DNA from: Klebsormidium nitens
Taxonomy: Eukaryota > Plantae > Klebsormidiophyceae
DNA: 64,000 bases
Direction of reading: 5' to 3'
Assembly: GCA_000708835.1 (NCBI GenBank)
Contig: DF237030.1
Coordinates: 124,001-188,000, forward strand
Shown: in pieces, positions 12,345-23,772 of the stretch
Numbering within the stretch: the first letter of the stretch is position 1
Layout: each line of letters starts with the position of its first letter
Position numbers and translations under genes: made by a program
The notes under the pieces: generated by a model
What the model was told of the DNA's origin: nothing
Database searches by the model: none
The model's input: the letters and a program-made list of their open reading frames with translations, nothing else

Positions 12345-15300
12345 TCAATTTCCGTTGGAAAGTTCTAGAACCTCCGCAGCATTCAACAAGTCGTCCCCTG
12401 CCACACCCGAAGAGATGGCCGTCAAAACGTAGCTCCCGTCTCGAAGCCGCAAGCTAAGCGCTCTCCGCAGCGATTGCCGCCCCTTCACCGCCTCCCAAAG
12501 CGTGCAGCTATACTGAACGACGACACTGAGTAGAGAAAAGGTTATCGACTGGACGAAGATCGGTTCGTCGATGAAGATGCGCGTGGCGCGCGAGCTGCCC
12601 AGCATGTATAGCGCGGTTTGGAAGCCGGCCTGGGGAATGGACTCTAGAAGTAGCTCTACGAGAACGCGCGACTCGTGGTACGCCCGCGCGCTGTACGCGA
12701 TATCCCCGAGAACTAGATGCGCGCCGAAGTGGTTGAGGATGGCAGAAACGTCTAGGAAAACGACCGCTGGGACGCCTAAAGGAAGTAGCACAAAAGCTAG
12801 AAGCTTTTGGGTTATGCTGCTAGGGCCGGCCGGGCTTTCCTGCGGCGAACTAGGTGGGGGGGGCGGCCAGATCCACCTCATACGCGGACGCAGTGGGGAC
12901 ATAAGCGGGCGGCTCCGGCGCAAAAGCAACAAGCGATGCATTACCCAGAAGCTAGCAACTAGGTACGGGGCGAGAATCGAAGCGAGGATGACCCACATCG
13001 GCCACGCGCCCCATACTTGGGCGAGGACCAAGACGTCAGTGATCAGGTCGACGAGGCATACGATATGCGCCACAATGCCCCATACGCTCTTGGCCACAGC
13101 GACGCAGGCTCCCCCCGGCTTGGTTGACGTATTAAGCGCGGCGCCCTTTCGACGGGAGCGCCGCGCAGCGACGCAGGTAAGCAGGGTCGACAGGAGGAGA
13201 AGGCCTGCAGAAAGGGGTAACGCAATGAAAACCAGTACTTTCAAATCAAGAACGAGGAAACGATTAGTCCGAGTCAATCAGGACTAGTTCTGTTCCGTTC
13301 CACGATTCCACAGCCGTTCGTACCACCTCTTTGGCAAGGTCAGGCTGCACTCCTTGACTTAGCTGCAGGTAGTTCAGGATCTGCGAGGGGGTTTGCAAAT
13401 GTTACCACCGTTGAGAATTTGTGCGGACCTAGACTTGCCAGAAGCGCAAGCCGAGGAACGGCAATACTTCCCATCAAGTGCATTTCTGTCGACTTTGAAT
13501 CCCTTCAACATGAAACGATGAATGAGTCGTTCAGCTTTTGTGAGACGGTATGATTGAGAAGTTGACGGACCAGTTTCGAAGACGGTTTGTCAGACCGGAA
13601 AAGTAAGCGGTCGGCCTTGAGAGCGGCACAGCACATCCTGCCAGTATCAAAATCTGCAATCGACTCTATATCCAAACGAGCCGTCCGCACAGAAGAGCAG
13701 AAGCGCACTTGAGAGGCGTGGATGAAAAGCAAAAGTAACATAGAAAGGGAGATGTAAGCAACTGACGCTGAGACGATGCAAGATGTCCACAACTCCCCTA
13801 CACGCTTCCTCTTGACCAGGGACTGGACATCTCATAAACGATTTCTCATGTTCCAATTGACATCATGAAGCGACTTATAAACGCACCTGCGAACACGCAA
13901 TATGCAATCGCAACCACTCGCCCCGCTTCCGGATTCCGGCACAGGTTTCCCCGCTGTACGCGCGCAAACCCGACGCCGGTATATGCCTCCCCTTCCGGCC
14001 CGAGGTCAATTCCGTCAAGAAAGTCGGTGCTGTTCAGAAAATACTTCCCATACTTGTTCGTCAGATAAGCCGACGAGACGTACTCCCCGTCTACCGTGAG
14101 CCCTTCCTCCACCACCGAAGGGGGATCCCCCGCCAAGAAAACGGAGATCTTCCCCAGGCACACGCGCCGCCTTGCCGCCCGCGACAGTTTCGACCCCGTC
14201 CCGATCAGGTTCACGGCGCACCCGGCAGCCTGCCCTGAGCACGCGTCCCAGAAGCGGACCTCGGTCAGCGCATCGCCCGCCCACTCGACGTACTGACACG
14301 TGGCAGGCGTCAGGGAGAGGTCGAGGGCGGAAGCACCGTGGGTTGGGAAATTGAGCCGGAGGTACCGGAGCTCGCTAAACTGGCGCATCTCGGGGGTTGG
14401 CGCCGCAAAGTAACCGAAGGATGTCACATAGTTGTTCCCGCGCATCATGCCGAGAAGGGGTTCAGGAACTGGGCCGGAAAGGTTGGTGTTGTCGAGAAAG
14501 AGCGCGGTCACGCGCGTCTCATTCAGCTCCACCGGAATGGGCCCGGTGAGGTTGTTTCCCGACAGGTCCAACCGGGAAAGCGTCAGCTGAGAGAGCTCCC
14601 GGGGGATCCCCCCGGTCAGCCGGTTGTCGTGAAGGTCAAGGTAGCTGAGCCCGCCCGTACCATAGTTGACGATGTCGCCGAGTGTTGGGGGAATCGGCCC
14701 CGAGAGCGCGTTGCTGTGGAGATCGAGCTTCGAAAGGAGCCCCCCCGGGCCCAGTTTCCCTAGCTCCGAAGGGATCCCCCCGGAGAGGCGGTTGTTGGCT
14801 AGGATCAGATCGAAGAGCGAATCTAGATTGCTGAAACTGGCGGGAATGGGGCCAGAGAGCTGGTTGTTGCTCAGATCGAGATCAAAGAGGTTGCTCAGTT
14901 GGCCCCACTCTGGCGGGATTGACCCAGAAAGATTATTGTTTGAGAGGTACATATAGTGCAGGTTCTCGCATTGCGCTAGCTCTGGGGAAAGCGGGCCTAA
15001 GAGCAGGTTTCCGTGAAGATCCAACACGTCCAGACCAGTGAGGGCGCCAATCTCTGGCGGAATTGGCCCACTGAGTTGATTGCTATGCAGGCTTAGCTCA
15101 TAGAGATTGGTTGCATTAGCAAGGGTGGCGGGCAGAGGAAGAAGAGGTTGCCTAGCTGACCAAGCGACTCGGGGATTGGTCCTGAGAGCGAGTTGTTGTA
15201 AAGGTAGAACCGGGTTAGTGCAGGAAGGGAGCCTAGTTCAGGAGGAAGGGGGCCGCTGAAAGTGTTGTCGTGGAGCGACAGGTGTCGCAACCGCTTAAGC

Positions 15301-15824
15301 TGTCCCAGCTCTGGGGGGATTGCACCCGACAGGGCATTCCGAGAAAGGTTCAAGTACTGCAGATTGGAGAGCGAGCCTAGCTGGGGTGGGATCCCTCCCG
15401 ATAAGCTGTTGTTGAAAAGATACAACCGGTTCAGTTGGGGCAAACCGCCAAGTCCAGGAGGGATGGGACCACTCAGAGCATTGTTGGAGAGGTTCAGGGT
15501 TTGGAGGTTGGTTAGGCTGCCCAGCTCATAAGGTATGCCGCCCGACAGGCTATTGTTGGAGAGGTCCAGGTGCGCAAGCTGTGCAAGGTTGCCAATCTCT
15601 GTGGGGATGCCTCCGCTGAATGCGTTGCACGAGAGGTTAAGGTATTTCAGATTGGTCAGGCGGTGTAAACCCCTTGGGATGGGGCCGCTCAATCTTCGAT
15701 TGGCTAGGTCAAGGCTAGTGCCCAAGTTGGTAGCGTTGCCCACTGCTTCATCAATTGTGAGAGCAGAAGCCGCCACAGCAAAGTCCACCAACACAACTAA
15801 AAGAGCTAACTTTGAAAACCCCAT
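12345..15824 (-). pseudogene. LRR receptor-like protein with C-terminal XK-related-like multipass membrane domain; frameshifted in LRR9
   Basis: Signal peptide MGFSKLALLVVLVDFAVAASA (ATG 15824; alternative 15833). About 18 plant-type LRRs (LxxLxLxxNxLSGxIP) and a Cys-containing stalk follow. A GT-AG intron at 13205-13886 joins ...AYCVFAG to LLLLSTLLTC (TM helix). The last exon has VDLITDVLV, ELLLESIPQAGFQTALY and SITFSLLSV, and ends at TGA 12345. The frame changes at 15133-15134. No kinase domain follows. Confidence 0.8.
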
Positions 15825-16579
15825 GTGGCTCATTTCAGCTCGCCTGTGCTGCTCTACGCGCATGCTCTTCTTATCGTTTCACCACTCTCTCTGAATCTAT
15901 GAAAGTTTTTCCTGCAAGAACCTGAAGACTGGAGATGAGAGCAAAAATTGGACATTAGATGTGCCAAAGAGAAGCATAATCTCGAGAAGGTGCTTGAGAA
16001 GCTGAGAGGTGCCACCGTGCCAGCTATACTTCAAACCCGTTCTGTGCATGAGCTCCTGGTTTTGTGCGCGAAACCTAACTCGAAATCTAAGTTAGCATTG
16101 AACCGGGCCGGTGCAAATGGAAGGATGCCGGCCGCCGGGCGCTCTGATCCAAGGCCGTTGTAGAAGAACTGGCCGGTGGGAATCACCAACTTGAAACGGT
16201 GAACAATGTGCCGGTTCGGTCACGTCCTGATTACGGGCAAACCCCACGGGCAACGAGCAGAGGGAGTTCCCTGCTTCGGAGCTGGGTCATTCTCGACAGT
16301 CGCAGAACCCTTCGATGAGCTGATCCGACGGCTCCGGTGTGCTGGTCATGCAGCACACTCAGTTTGCGACTTCAACGAGTGCCAGCGCTTGCAAGATGCG
16401 TTGCCAGCATTCAAGAATTGCTTGCTCAGAGTCAGAGTCAAAGGCGAGATTCACGAGAGCTGACACAGTGACAGAGAAAGTGCTCAGTCAAATCACAATG
16501 AGATTCAACTCATCAATTGGTGTACGTTTGTTGGCAGTATAAGCTGGACGCTTGCCAGAATCCAATCAGATTTCAGACA

Positions 16580-18505
16580 ATGGCGACTGGGCACAGCGAA
16601 GCGCAGGTTGAAGAGATTGTGAGCAGCATCTTTCCAAGGAACCCGGGTTCTGTAGATCTGATGAGACCGGAGACCTCGCAGGTTTTGCAGAGCATTTTGG
16701 AAGAAGCGCATTCCAGAGATGAGACTGTTAGGCTCTTGGCAATCTGACGCTTCAAGGATATCTTCCGGCCATTCCAGGAAACGACGTCTGCGCAAAGTGC
16801 AGTGCACGCAGCTGTCTTCCTCTTGGAAAGAGGTTCATGAGAGCAATCAACCAGGGACTGGAAGACTCACTTGCTGGACGGTGGCTTCTGGTGCCCAGCG
16901 CGGAAGACATAGAAATGCTGGCTGCTACTGCTGATGGCTCAGTCCCTGCTCTGATGAAGCCGTCAATCTGTGCAAATGCGGTAGAGTGCCTTGCGGTCGA
17001 CAGCCGCACTGTGAAGTACAAGCTGAAATTTTCACCGCGCCTGCCTTTCCTTCTAAAAACCCTCTTCTCCAAGGAGTTCACTCTACCATATGATCAGGCT
17101 TCAAAGCCCTGGACAGCCCAAATAAAACAAGCGGTCATCTGTGCAATCCCCAGGCTTTTTTCCTCTGATGCTTTTCCGAAGGAGATTGGCCAGAGCACGG
17201 ACTTTCTCATGGCAGTCATGCAGAGCGCTGTTGCATACTTTCAGGACAAGATTGTGGTCAGGCATGCCGCTTCAATCATCCACACTGCTCGACTCTACTG
17301 CTTTGTTAGATCGTCTGAGTCCGTAACCCCTCTCGAGGAAAGCTTCCTCCGCTTTGCAGCAAAGCTTTTCACAGAGTCTTCCGACAAGACGTGGATTTTG
17401 TGTATCCTTGAGACACTATCTACTTTCATTGCGAGTCGTCTCCACAGTCTGGCCAAAGGCCAGAAACCCTTCCCTGAGATTCCAGCACTCAGATCGTCGG
17501 TTCTTGCCCTGCTTCTTTGTGAGGACGAGCTTCACAACAGCGTTGATGCCAGGAGGCTCGCTGATTTTGCGGGGTACCTGAATCACTCAGCTGCTCTTGC
17601 TGCCAAGAGAATCGAGGCCTTTCCAGGCAGCCATTATTCAATGGAAGAGGTGAAGCAGAGCGCACGAGAAGACCAGGCAGCAGTGCAGAGAGCATCACAG
17701 CTGAGGGGGATTCTATCATCCCCCTCGGAAATCGAGGGGAGCGGCCACATGTACATGTCAAGATCGCGGGACAGGGATGCAGCAGAGGAGGAAGCGCTGA
17801 ACAAGGGCTTAGGTGCGGTGAGAGACATCAGAGCGCCAAGGAAGTGCTCAAGGCTGGGGTGCAAGAAGTTTGAGGACAAACCGTGAGAGTTCCGCAGGTG
17901 CGGGGCGTGCAAGCTCGCCGTCTACTGTGGACCAGGTTAGATGGTTGAGCATGTTTCTGACTCCACATGATTATGCTGACTGTGTTATCCAACTGTGACT
18001 TCTCAAAATGGATGATCTCTTGTGTCGTCTTTTTGATTCTACTTACTACCAATCATTGAAGAGAGTCTGTGCATATCACATAAGCGCAAGTTGAGCAAGA
18101 ACTTTTGACTTGACAAATCTGCTTGCCGCTTTTGCCAATATTCGATCCCCCCATTTACACAGACGGTGCCGACAAGTGTCGTCACCTGATCGAGTTCATT
18201 TCGTTGTGTCTCTTCGCAGTCGATTCTGTGGCGTTCTGCTGAGTTCTCCAGCAATACTTTTGATTTGGATTAAAAGGATTGCTGACATCAAATGTTGGAT
18301 ACCATTGCAAGTACTGAACATTGAACTTCTACCAGAAACCAGCACCACTGTGCTTTGGCTAGAAGCTTTTTGAAGATCCTCCAATCCTTTCACCGGTAAT
18401 CCCAAAAACTCTGCAATCAGGGGTCCCCTCATTGTGTTCTTTGCACGTTGTGCAGGGTGCCAGAAGGCTGCATGGAAAGCAGGCCACAAGCAAGTTTGCA
18501 AATAA
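16580..18505 (+). pseudogene. MYND zinc-finger protein, disrupted (frameshift ~16731, nonsense 17884)
   Basis: Reading through TGA 17884-17886 gives KCSRLGCKKFEDKP*EFRRCGACKLAVYCGP. Intron 17936-18455 then leads to exon 18456-18505, GCQKAAWKAGHKQVCK*, completing a MYND finger. Upstream, restoring one G at ~16731 (GTT AGG [G]CT CTT GGC) joins ORF 16517-16747 to the 16837 frame. The start position is uncertain. Confidence 0.75.
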
Positions 18506-19629
18506 GAGGATGATGTATCTAGCAGGGGACAAAATCTGGATTTGGATTGTGAAAAGATCGGATGATGGGGCGTCTTATAGAAGAATTCAATGAGGTGCAA
18601 TCTACTTTGTAAGCCGGTACTAGTAAGCTTTTCATACCAAGATTCGATAATCCTACGTTGTTTCCCAAAGCAGACTGCCGTTACCAAAACATGTTCGTGC
18701 AACACAGAAATCTAGAGACCCGCTTGGTTGGAGTTTGGGGGTGAGGACATTGTCTCGGTCGTGAGCAGTATTTGTCTCCAACAAATCACATCGACACTTA
18801 CACATGGCCATTGTATCTAGCCTAAAGAAATATAGTTAGCATCATTTGCGCATGTTATAGAGAGCCCTCGTCTTTCTAGCTGTCCATTTTCCCTGCATTT
18901 AGAGGAGATAGGCTTTAACTTCGCAGGAGTCCATTAGTCAATCGTACGATTGGTATCTGCGAAGATATGGCCAGTATATATTGCACGTCTGCATGTCGTA
19001 GTACACGACTAGAGGGCAGATCTTTTGCACTTAATCCGAGTTTCTTGAACTTGATAGTAGCCGGGCCATGAGTCCAATGCATACCCCGCGGCCAACTGTG
19101 CTATCCTCGTGCTATCTACCATGGTCCGACTACTCGGTCAGGTCATCGAGGTATTGACCGAGCTTAGAACAAGGTCGCAAAGCTGTGGCTCTGTATTGAA
19201 CATCTACAACTAGTCGTTTGTACGTGTCACGGTACTTCATGTATAGGGCCGTGTACTGCGGCCCTCACATGTGCATCATGACAGCAGCGTCAACCACATG
19301 CCAGGACCACTGCGAGCACACATAGTGCAAACGCAAATGATCCAATTGTAACTTATTGTCGGCCATGTCTCATGGCAAGCTATCTCTAGTAGTGCCGATT
19401 GAAGTGCCAGCTTCCGCCCGGCTTCCCGGCGGCTGAGTCACTGTGACGGATCAAACTTATGAAACTTAAACATGTTAAAGGAAGTTTCACACGTTCAAGA
19501 ACCGTCAGAAAGTTTTGAGTTGCAAGTCGACAAGTCGACACTGCCGCCATTTCAATATGGTCGCCCGCCCACCGTCGTATGGGGAGATGGCTGGGTGCAA
19601 AAGTGAAAAAGTTCGTGTCATGAAAAAGT

Positions 19630-19701
19630 TGCTCCCTCTGAGGATTGAACTCAGGACCTTCCGCTTACGAAGCGGACGCACTACCACTGTGCTAAAGGAG
19701 C
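19630..19701 (-). tRNA. tRNA-Thr(CGT)
   Basis: Reverse complement GCTCCTTTAGCACAGTGGTAGTGCGTCCGCTTCGTAAGCGGAAGGTCCTGAGTTCAATCCTCAGAGGGAGCA: acceptor stem pairs, anticodon arm TCCGC-TTCGTAA-GCGGA, GTTCAA T-loop, and a downstream TTTTT Pol III terminator. Confidence 0.95.
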
Positions 19702-19831
19702 TCGCTTGATGTGACGAGAATTGCCAGAACGTTTATGTCCCATAGTTTTGACAGGGCCCCTTGCATTAAAGAAGTTGTAAAATTCTTGAGCATGCCCACA
19801 TTGACAATGATATGTTCATCAGCATCTAGCA

Positions 19832-21347
19832 ATGGCGGCCTCCTCTTGTGTGTGCGTCTCTCTCAGCATTGGCAGCCGATTGCTCTCCTCGACTAAGGCA
19901 AGTTGCAGTCAGCAGGAATCAAGGAGGCCGGCATCTGTGCCTCTATGCAGCCTTGCTCTATCCACATCCAGCCATGGTGTCAGTTGCAAGAGACAAAAGA
20001 CTCGCACAACATTGCATAAGGGTAAACAGTTGAGGTGGCACAGTACTGTCAGTAGTCCTCAACTATCACGAAAAACCTCGTCTTCTTGCGCAGCTGATGT
20101 TGGCGATGGGGGCCAGCTTACCTCAACCATGATAAACGACATGAAAGAAAAGGTGTGTTCTGCAGTCATCAATTTATGACGGCAACTACAAGGAGGTCTG
20201 TATATCATTGAGGTTTCGAAAGGTGCTGGGTTCTCCGGCATTGAGTGTGGCAAGTACCCTCCGCTCTTCTATAATCTGAGAAATTGTGCTCGCACCATCT
20301 GACAGCAGTTCTACGACCAGTCTTGCTTGTCACAGTCAGGCAGCATTTGAAGAAGTAAAAAGCCGCATCAAAGATGGCACCGATGTAGGCTTTGCTAGAG
20401 AACGGCCAGACCGTTTCTTTCAACACATTATGCTGTGTTTTGAAAGAAGAATGAAAGATTCAAAATCCCCCGTTGTAGGCTACCACCCTTTTTACATTGC
20501 TGCAGATTGGTCAGGAACTAGAGGCGGTGAGTGTGGTGGTTCAGGACATTTCAGGTGATGGCCGGCACGTCAGGTGAGAGAGCCCCTGCAGGCCAGGTCG
20601 ACATTTTATGCTGATGCAACAGGCTGCTGTCACTTGGTGCTGGATGACTATTTCCATCAAAGTGGGAGGGGGAGAAAGTTGCATATTTTTGAAGTATCCT
20701 TCTGAACACTAGCTTCTTCACAAAAGCACCTGGCCGTAATGCTATGTTGCCATCATGATCTGTCAGTGCAATGAGGCCGAAGGCTTTAAGTCAATAAGTG
20801 GCCATGTTCGCATGGAGACGCAGTCCCAAGACATCATCGAATTGACAGCTAATGCAAGTTTTGAGAGCTAGGGGCGGCCATTCTTACCCTGGTGTATAGT
20901 CCCTTAACCTTCAGCCTTGATGGTCAGTTTGCAACAATGCACCCTTGGTTAAAAGGAGGTATGGCCATCAAATAGCCCGCAGATCAGTGTTTTGCTTGTA
21001 TTTCCTTAGAGGAATTTTGGATCAAAGCATGTACCGAACCTCCCCCCAGGAAGAATCCAAGTGTTTTGCTGCAGTCGTTAGAGTGCACACAGTTTGCGGT
21101 CGCAGGACAAAGGCATCCTTCAGGCCGTTTACGCATTTCGCCAAGGGGACCTTTTAAGCAACGTCTTCCTTCACCTCGCAGTATCGATGTCGTTTCGCCG
21201 GTGTTTGAGGGGAAAAGTAGCATGAATCGACAACGGATGGTGTACAAAGCAATCTGGCAGGAGCTGCAGGGGGCCGTGCATGCTGTAGACGCAATGACAA
21301 CCAAAACGCCAACTGAAGCAGGGGTTGGGCAACAACCACGGCAATGA
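19832..21347 (+). CDS. BOLA4: BolA-family protein, BolA4-like, with Ser-rich transit peptide
   Basis: Exons 19832-20021, 20094-20152, 20506-20573 and 21182-21347 splice in phase to ...[76 protein letters not shown], closely matching plant BolA4 as I recall it. Confidence 0.92.
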
Positions 21348-23772
21348 GATTGCCGTGCTAAGTGTGTAAGTGCTTTCTGAAGTGATGGCCAACGCTCATG
21401 GTTTGTATGAGCAGGGCAACAAGGCTTTACGCCATTCTCTAACGCGATAGATAGATCCATGGCCTATGTACAGCGACATGCCTAGATTGGCCTACGATAA
21501 ACAGGCAATCTCCTTTCGTTTGCATGCTGTTTTGGACAATCGCATGATTCGAACGATTTCATTCCCGACCTCAGTGCTACGCAGGCATCCGCTGCTAAGG
21601 TGCGCCCACCATCAGCATATAAGGTTGCATAACCGAACTGAAGCGAGTTCATTGATTTGAATGAACTTGACTGCTTCTCATGGAAGTGCATGTATTGAGC
21701 GTACTTCGTAATCATCAGGTTTCCAGGTCTGATCTCTTTTCGTAACATTGTGTAGCCGGTCCTGCGGCCATAGGTTCTCATGGCATATAATCTGATCAAA
21801 CCCGGCGACCACGCGTCATGCAATATAATTGTTTCTAATTTGACATCGAAGGCATGGAACAATGTAAGTGACCTGGTCTTTAGACCATTTTTTCCGCGAT
21901 GGCAGGCCGGGGCGGCTGGTAGCCAGCCAGCCGTGTTAGCTACTCTAGATGGACCACAGCTAGAGGCGCTGCACACTAGCTCCATGCCATGGGAGCCAAT
22001 GCAGCTGCGGCAGGCAGTCCAACAAAGAGCCCGATCATGAATTCATCAATTGTTCAATTATATTGCAGACTTGCCAAGTTGGAATCTCAGCATGTGATCT
22101 AGCTTTTGCTCAGTGCCCTTTGTAATTTTGTAAAGTAGCAACCGCATACAAAGAATACAGATGCAGATTGCGTGGTTTGATCAGAGATCGTTTGAATTGG
22201 AAAGAAATCGTTTCCAATGGCACGACTTGGTGCATAGCACTGGCATATCTCAACATTTGTCAACTTGAGAATGCGAACCTTTTCATATGTTCTAGACAGG
22301 TGTTCAATCAACACCATCCGACCGGCTTCAATTCGACAAGCCCAGATAATGGCCTAGTGCTGTTATACTTTTGTGCAAATCCAATACATTTAGAGAGTTG
22401 AAAAGTTGTACAACATGTAGAATAGGCAGTGGGGCTGACGGTGTATACTGTATATAGCTATCACCCGATGCCAAAGCCGCTGTTTGGGAAGGGTACCGTC
22501 AAGTTGCTGTGACAACGGGGTAGGAATGTTCCACAAACTTCACTCCCTCTTTCCCAAAAAGCCTCAAGCCACTGTCAAACTTTGACCCCTTCCGACTCAG
22601 TGGCCCTTTCATGAAAGGTTGTCCCAAGCCTCAGGAGCAGCAGATTGGATCAAGTTCAAGCCCTGCTTTTACTCCGCCCCGGCCAAGACCTCAAGTCCCC
22701 TTCCACCTCCGACCCACCTCGTCAAAGCAATGCATAACTAGCCAATACTCAGTGTCTCCCATCCAATAAGGACTGTACTTACTCCGTTGTATGTACCCTG
22801 CACGTCACCGAAAAAGCGACGTAAGGTATCCTGATTGGCCCACTTTCGTGACGGAGCAATGAACCGGTTGTCAGTCCCGTTTGGATTGTCAAGCGTACCA
22901 ACCACGAGATTGTACGGGTTCCTACAAATATCGCATGACATGCAGATCCAATCTTCAACTTCGTCCCGCGCATCGGTCACCTTTGACCACGTGGGTTCAA
23001 GATTATTCTCGAACGGGCGTGCAGCGTGCCCTTCAATGTATCATCTCAGTACAGCCAAGGGTATGAAACATGATTGGAGTCCACCTTGGGAGAATACCTT
23101 CTGGTCGACTGATTGATTGATTGACTGATTGGCGTATGAAATTACCTCGAAGTTCGACTGAACGGTTTTTACCGTTGATTTGTTGTAGGCCCATGCTTGT
23201 AAGGGGCTCGGTCTTCTGAGAGGAGAAAACAACTTTGACTGATTGATTGACATTCCGCAGCGGAAAGATTTTGCCTGCAGGGGTATTCTCGCTGCTGCTG
23301 GATAACGTTTCCAGTCTTTGGGTGGCCCCAGGTCCTTCTGGAACATTTGGCAGGCAGACAGGTAGCATCAGAACTCGTTGCAGGTATCCTCGATCAATTG
23401 CTTTCCGTTTGAACTCATTTTTTATGCAAGAATGACGGTCACATCTTGAAGGAGAACCAGTTCCGGGCTACGCAGGTTCACAAGAGGAACGTTCATTCTT
23501 CCATGTCCCTGCAAGAACTTCCAGCTTCTACTACCTTTGTTGAGCGAAAAAATGGCGCAGCACCAGAAGGAGGTGAGACTCAGCTTTTCTGCTGACAGCG
23601 CCAATTGTTTGATGATCATGCCGAGAGATGTATGGGACATGCTGCATGACAGGGGGGAATAAGAATCAGTTGAATCTCCAGATAAGCAGGTGAAGAAGGA
23701 GAACCTAGCAACTGACAAACATTTTACATGTGCCGTCCTGCCTGCTTTCTTGTAATAGTTTTGATTCTTCAG

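Noticed and set aside
12571-13287. Long antisense ORFs (for example 12571-13287, 34392-34979, 36157-36693, 24595-25110)
   Set aside because: They are shadows of GC-rich coding exons on the opposite strand or frame, with no recognisable motifs.
17883-17897. 15-nt GT-AG micro-intron, or selenocysteine read-through, rescuing the MYND TGA
   Set aside because: 15 nt is far below spliceosomal intron sizes, the codon is not at a zinc-ligand Cys position, and a second lesion exists upstream.
23105-23255. (GATT)n micro-repeats
   Set aside because: Short, ordinary microsatellite-like tracts.
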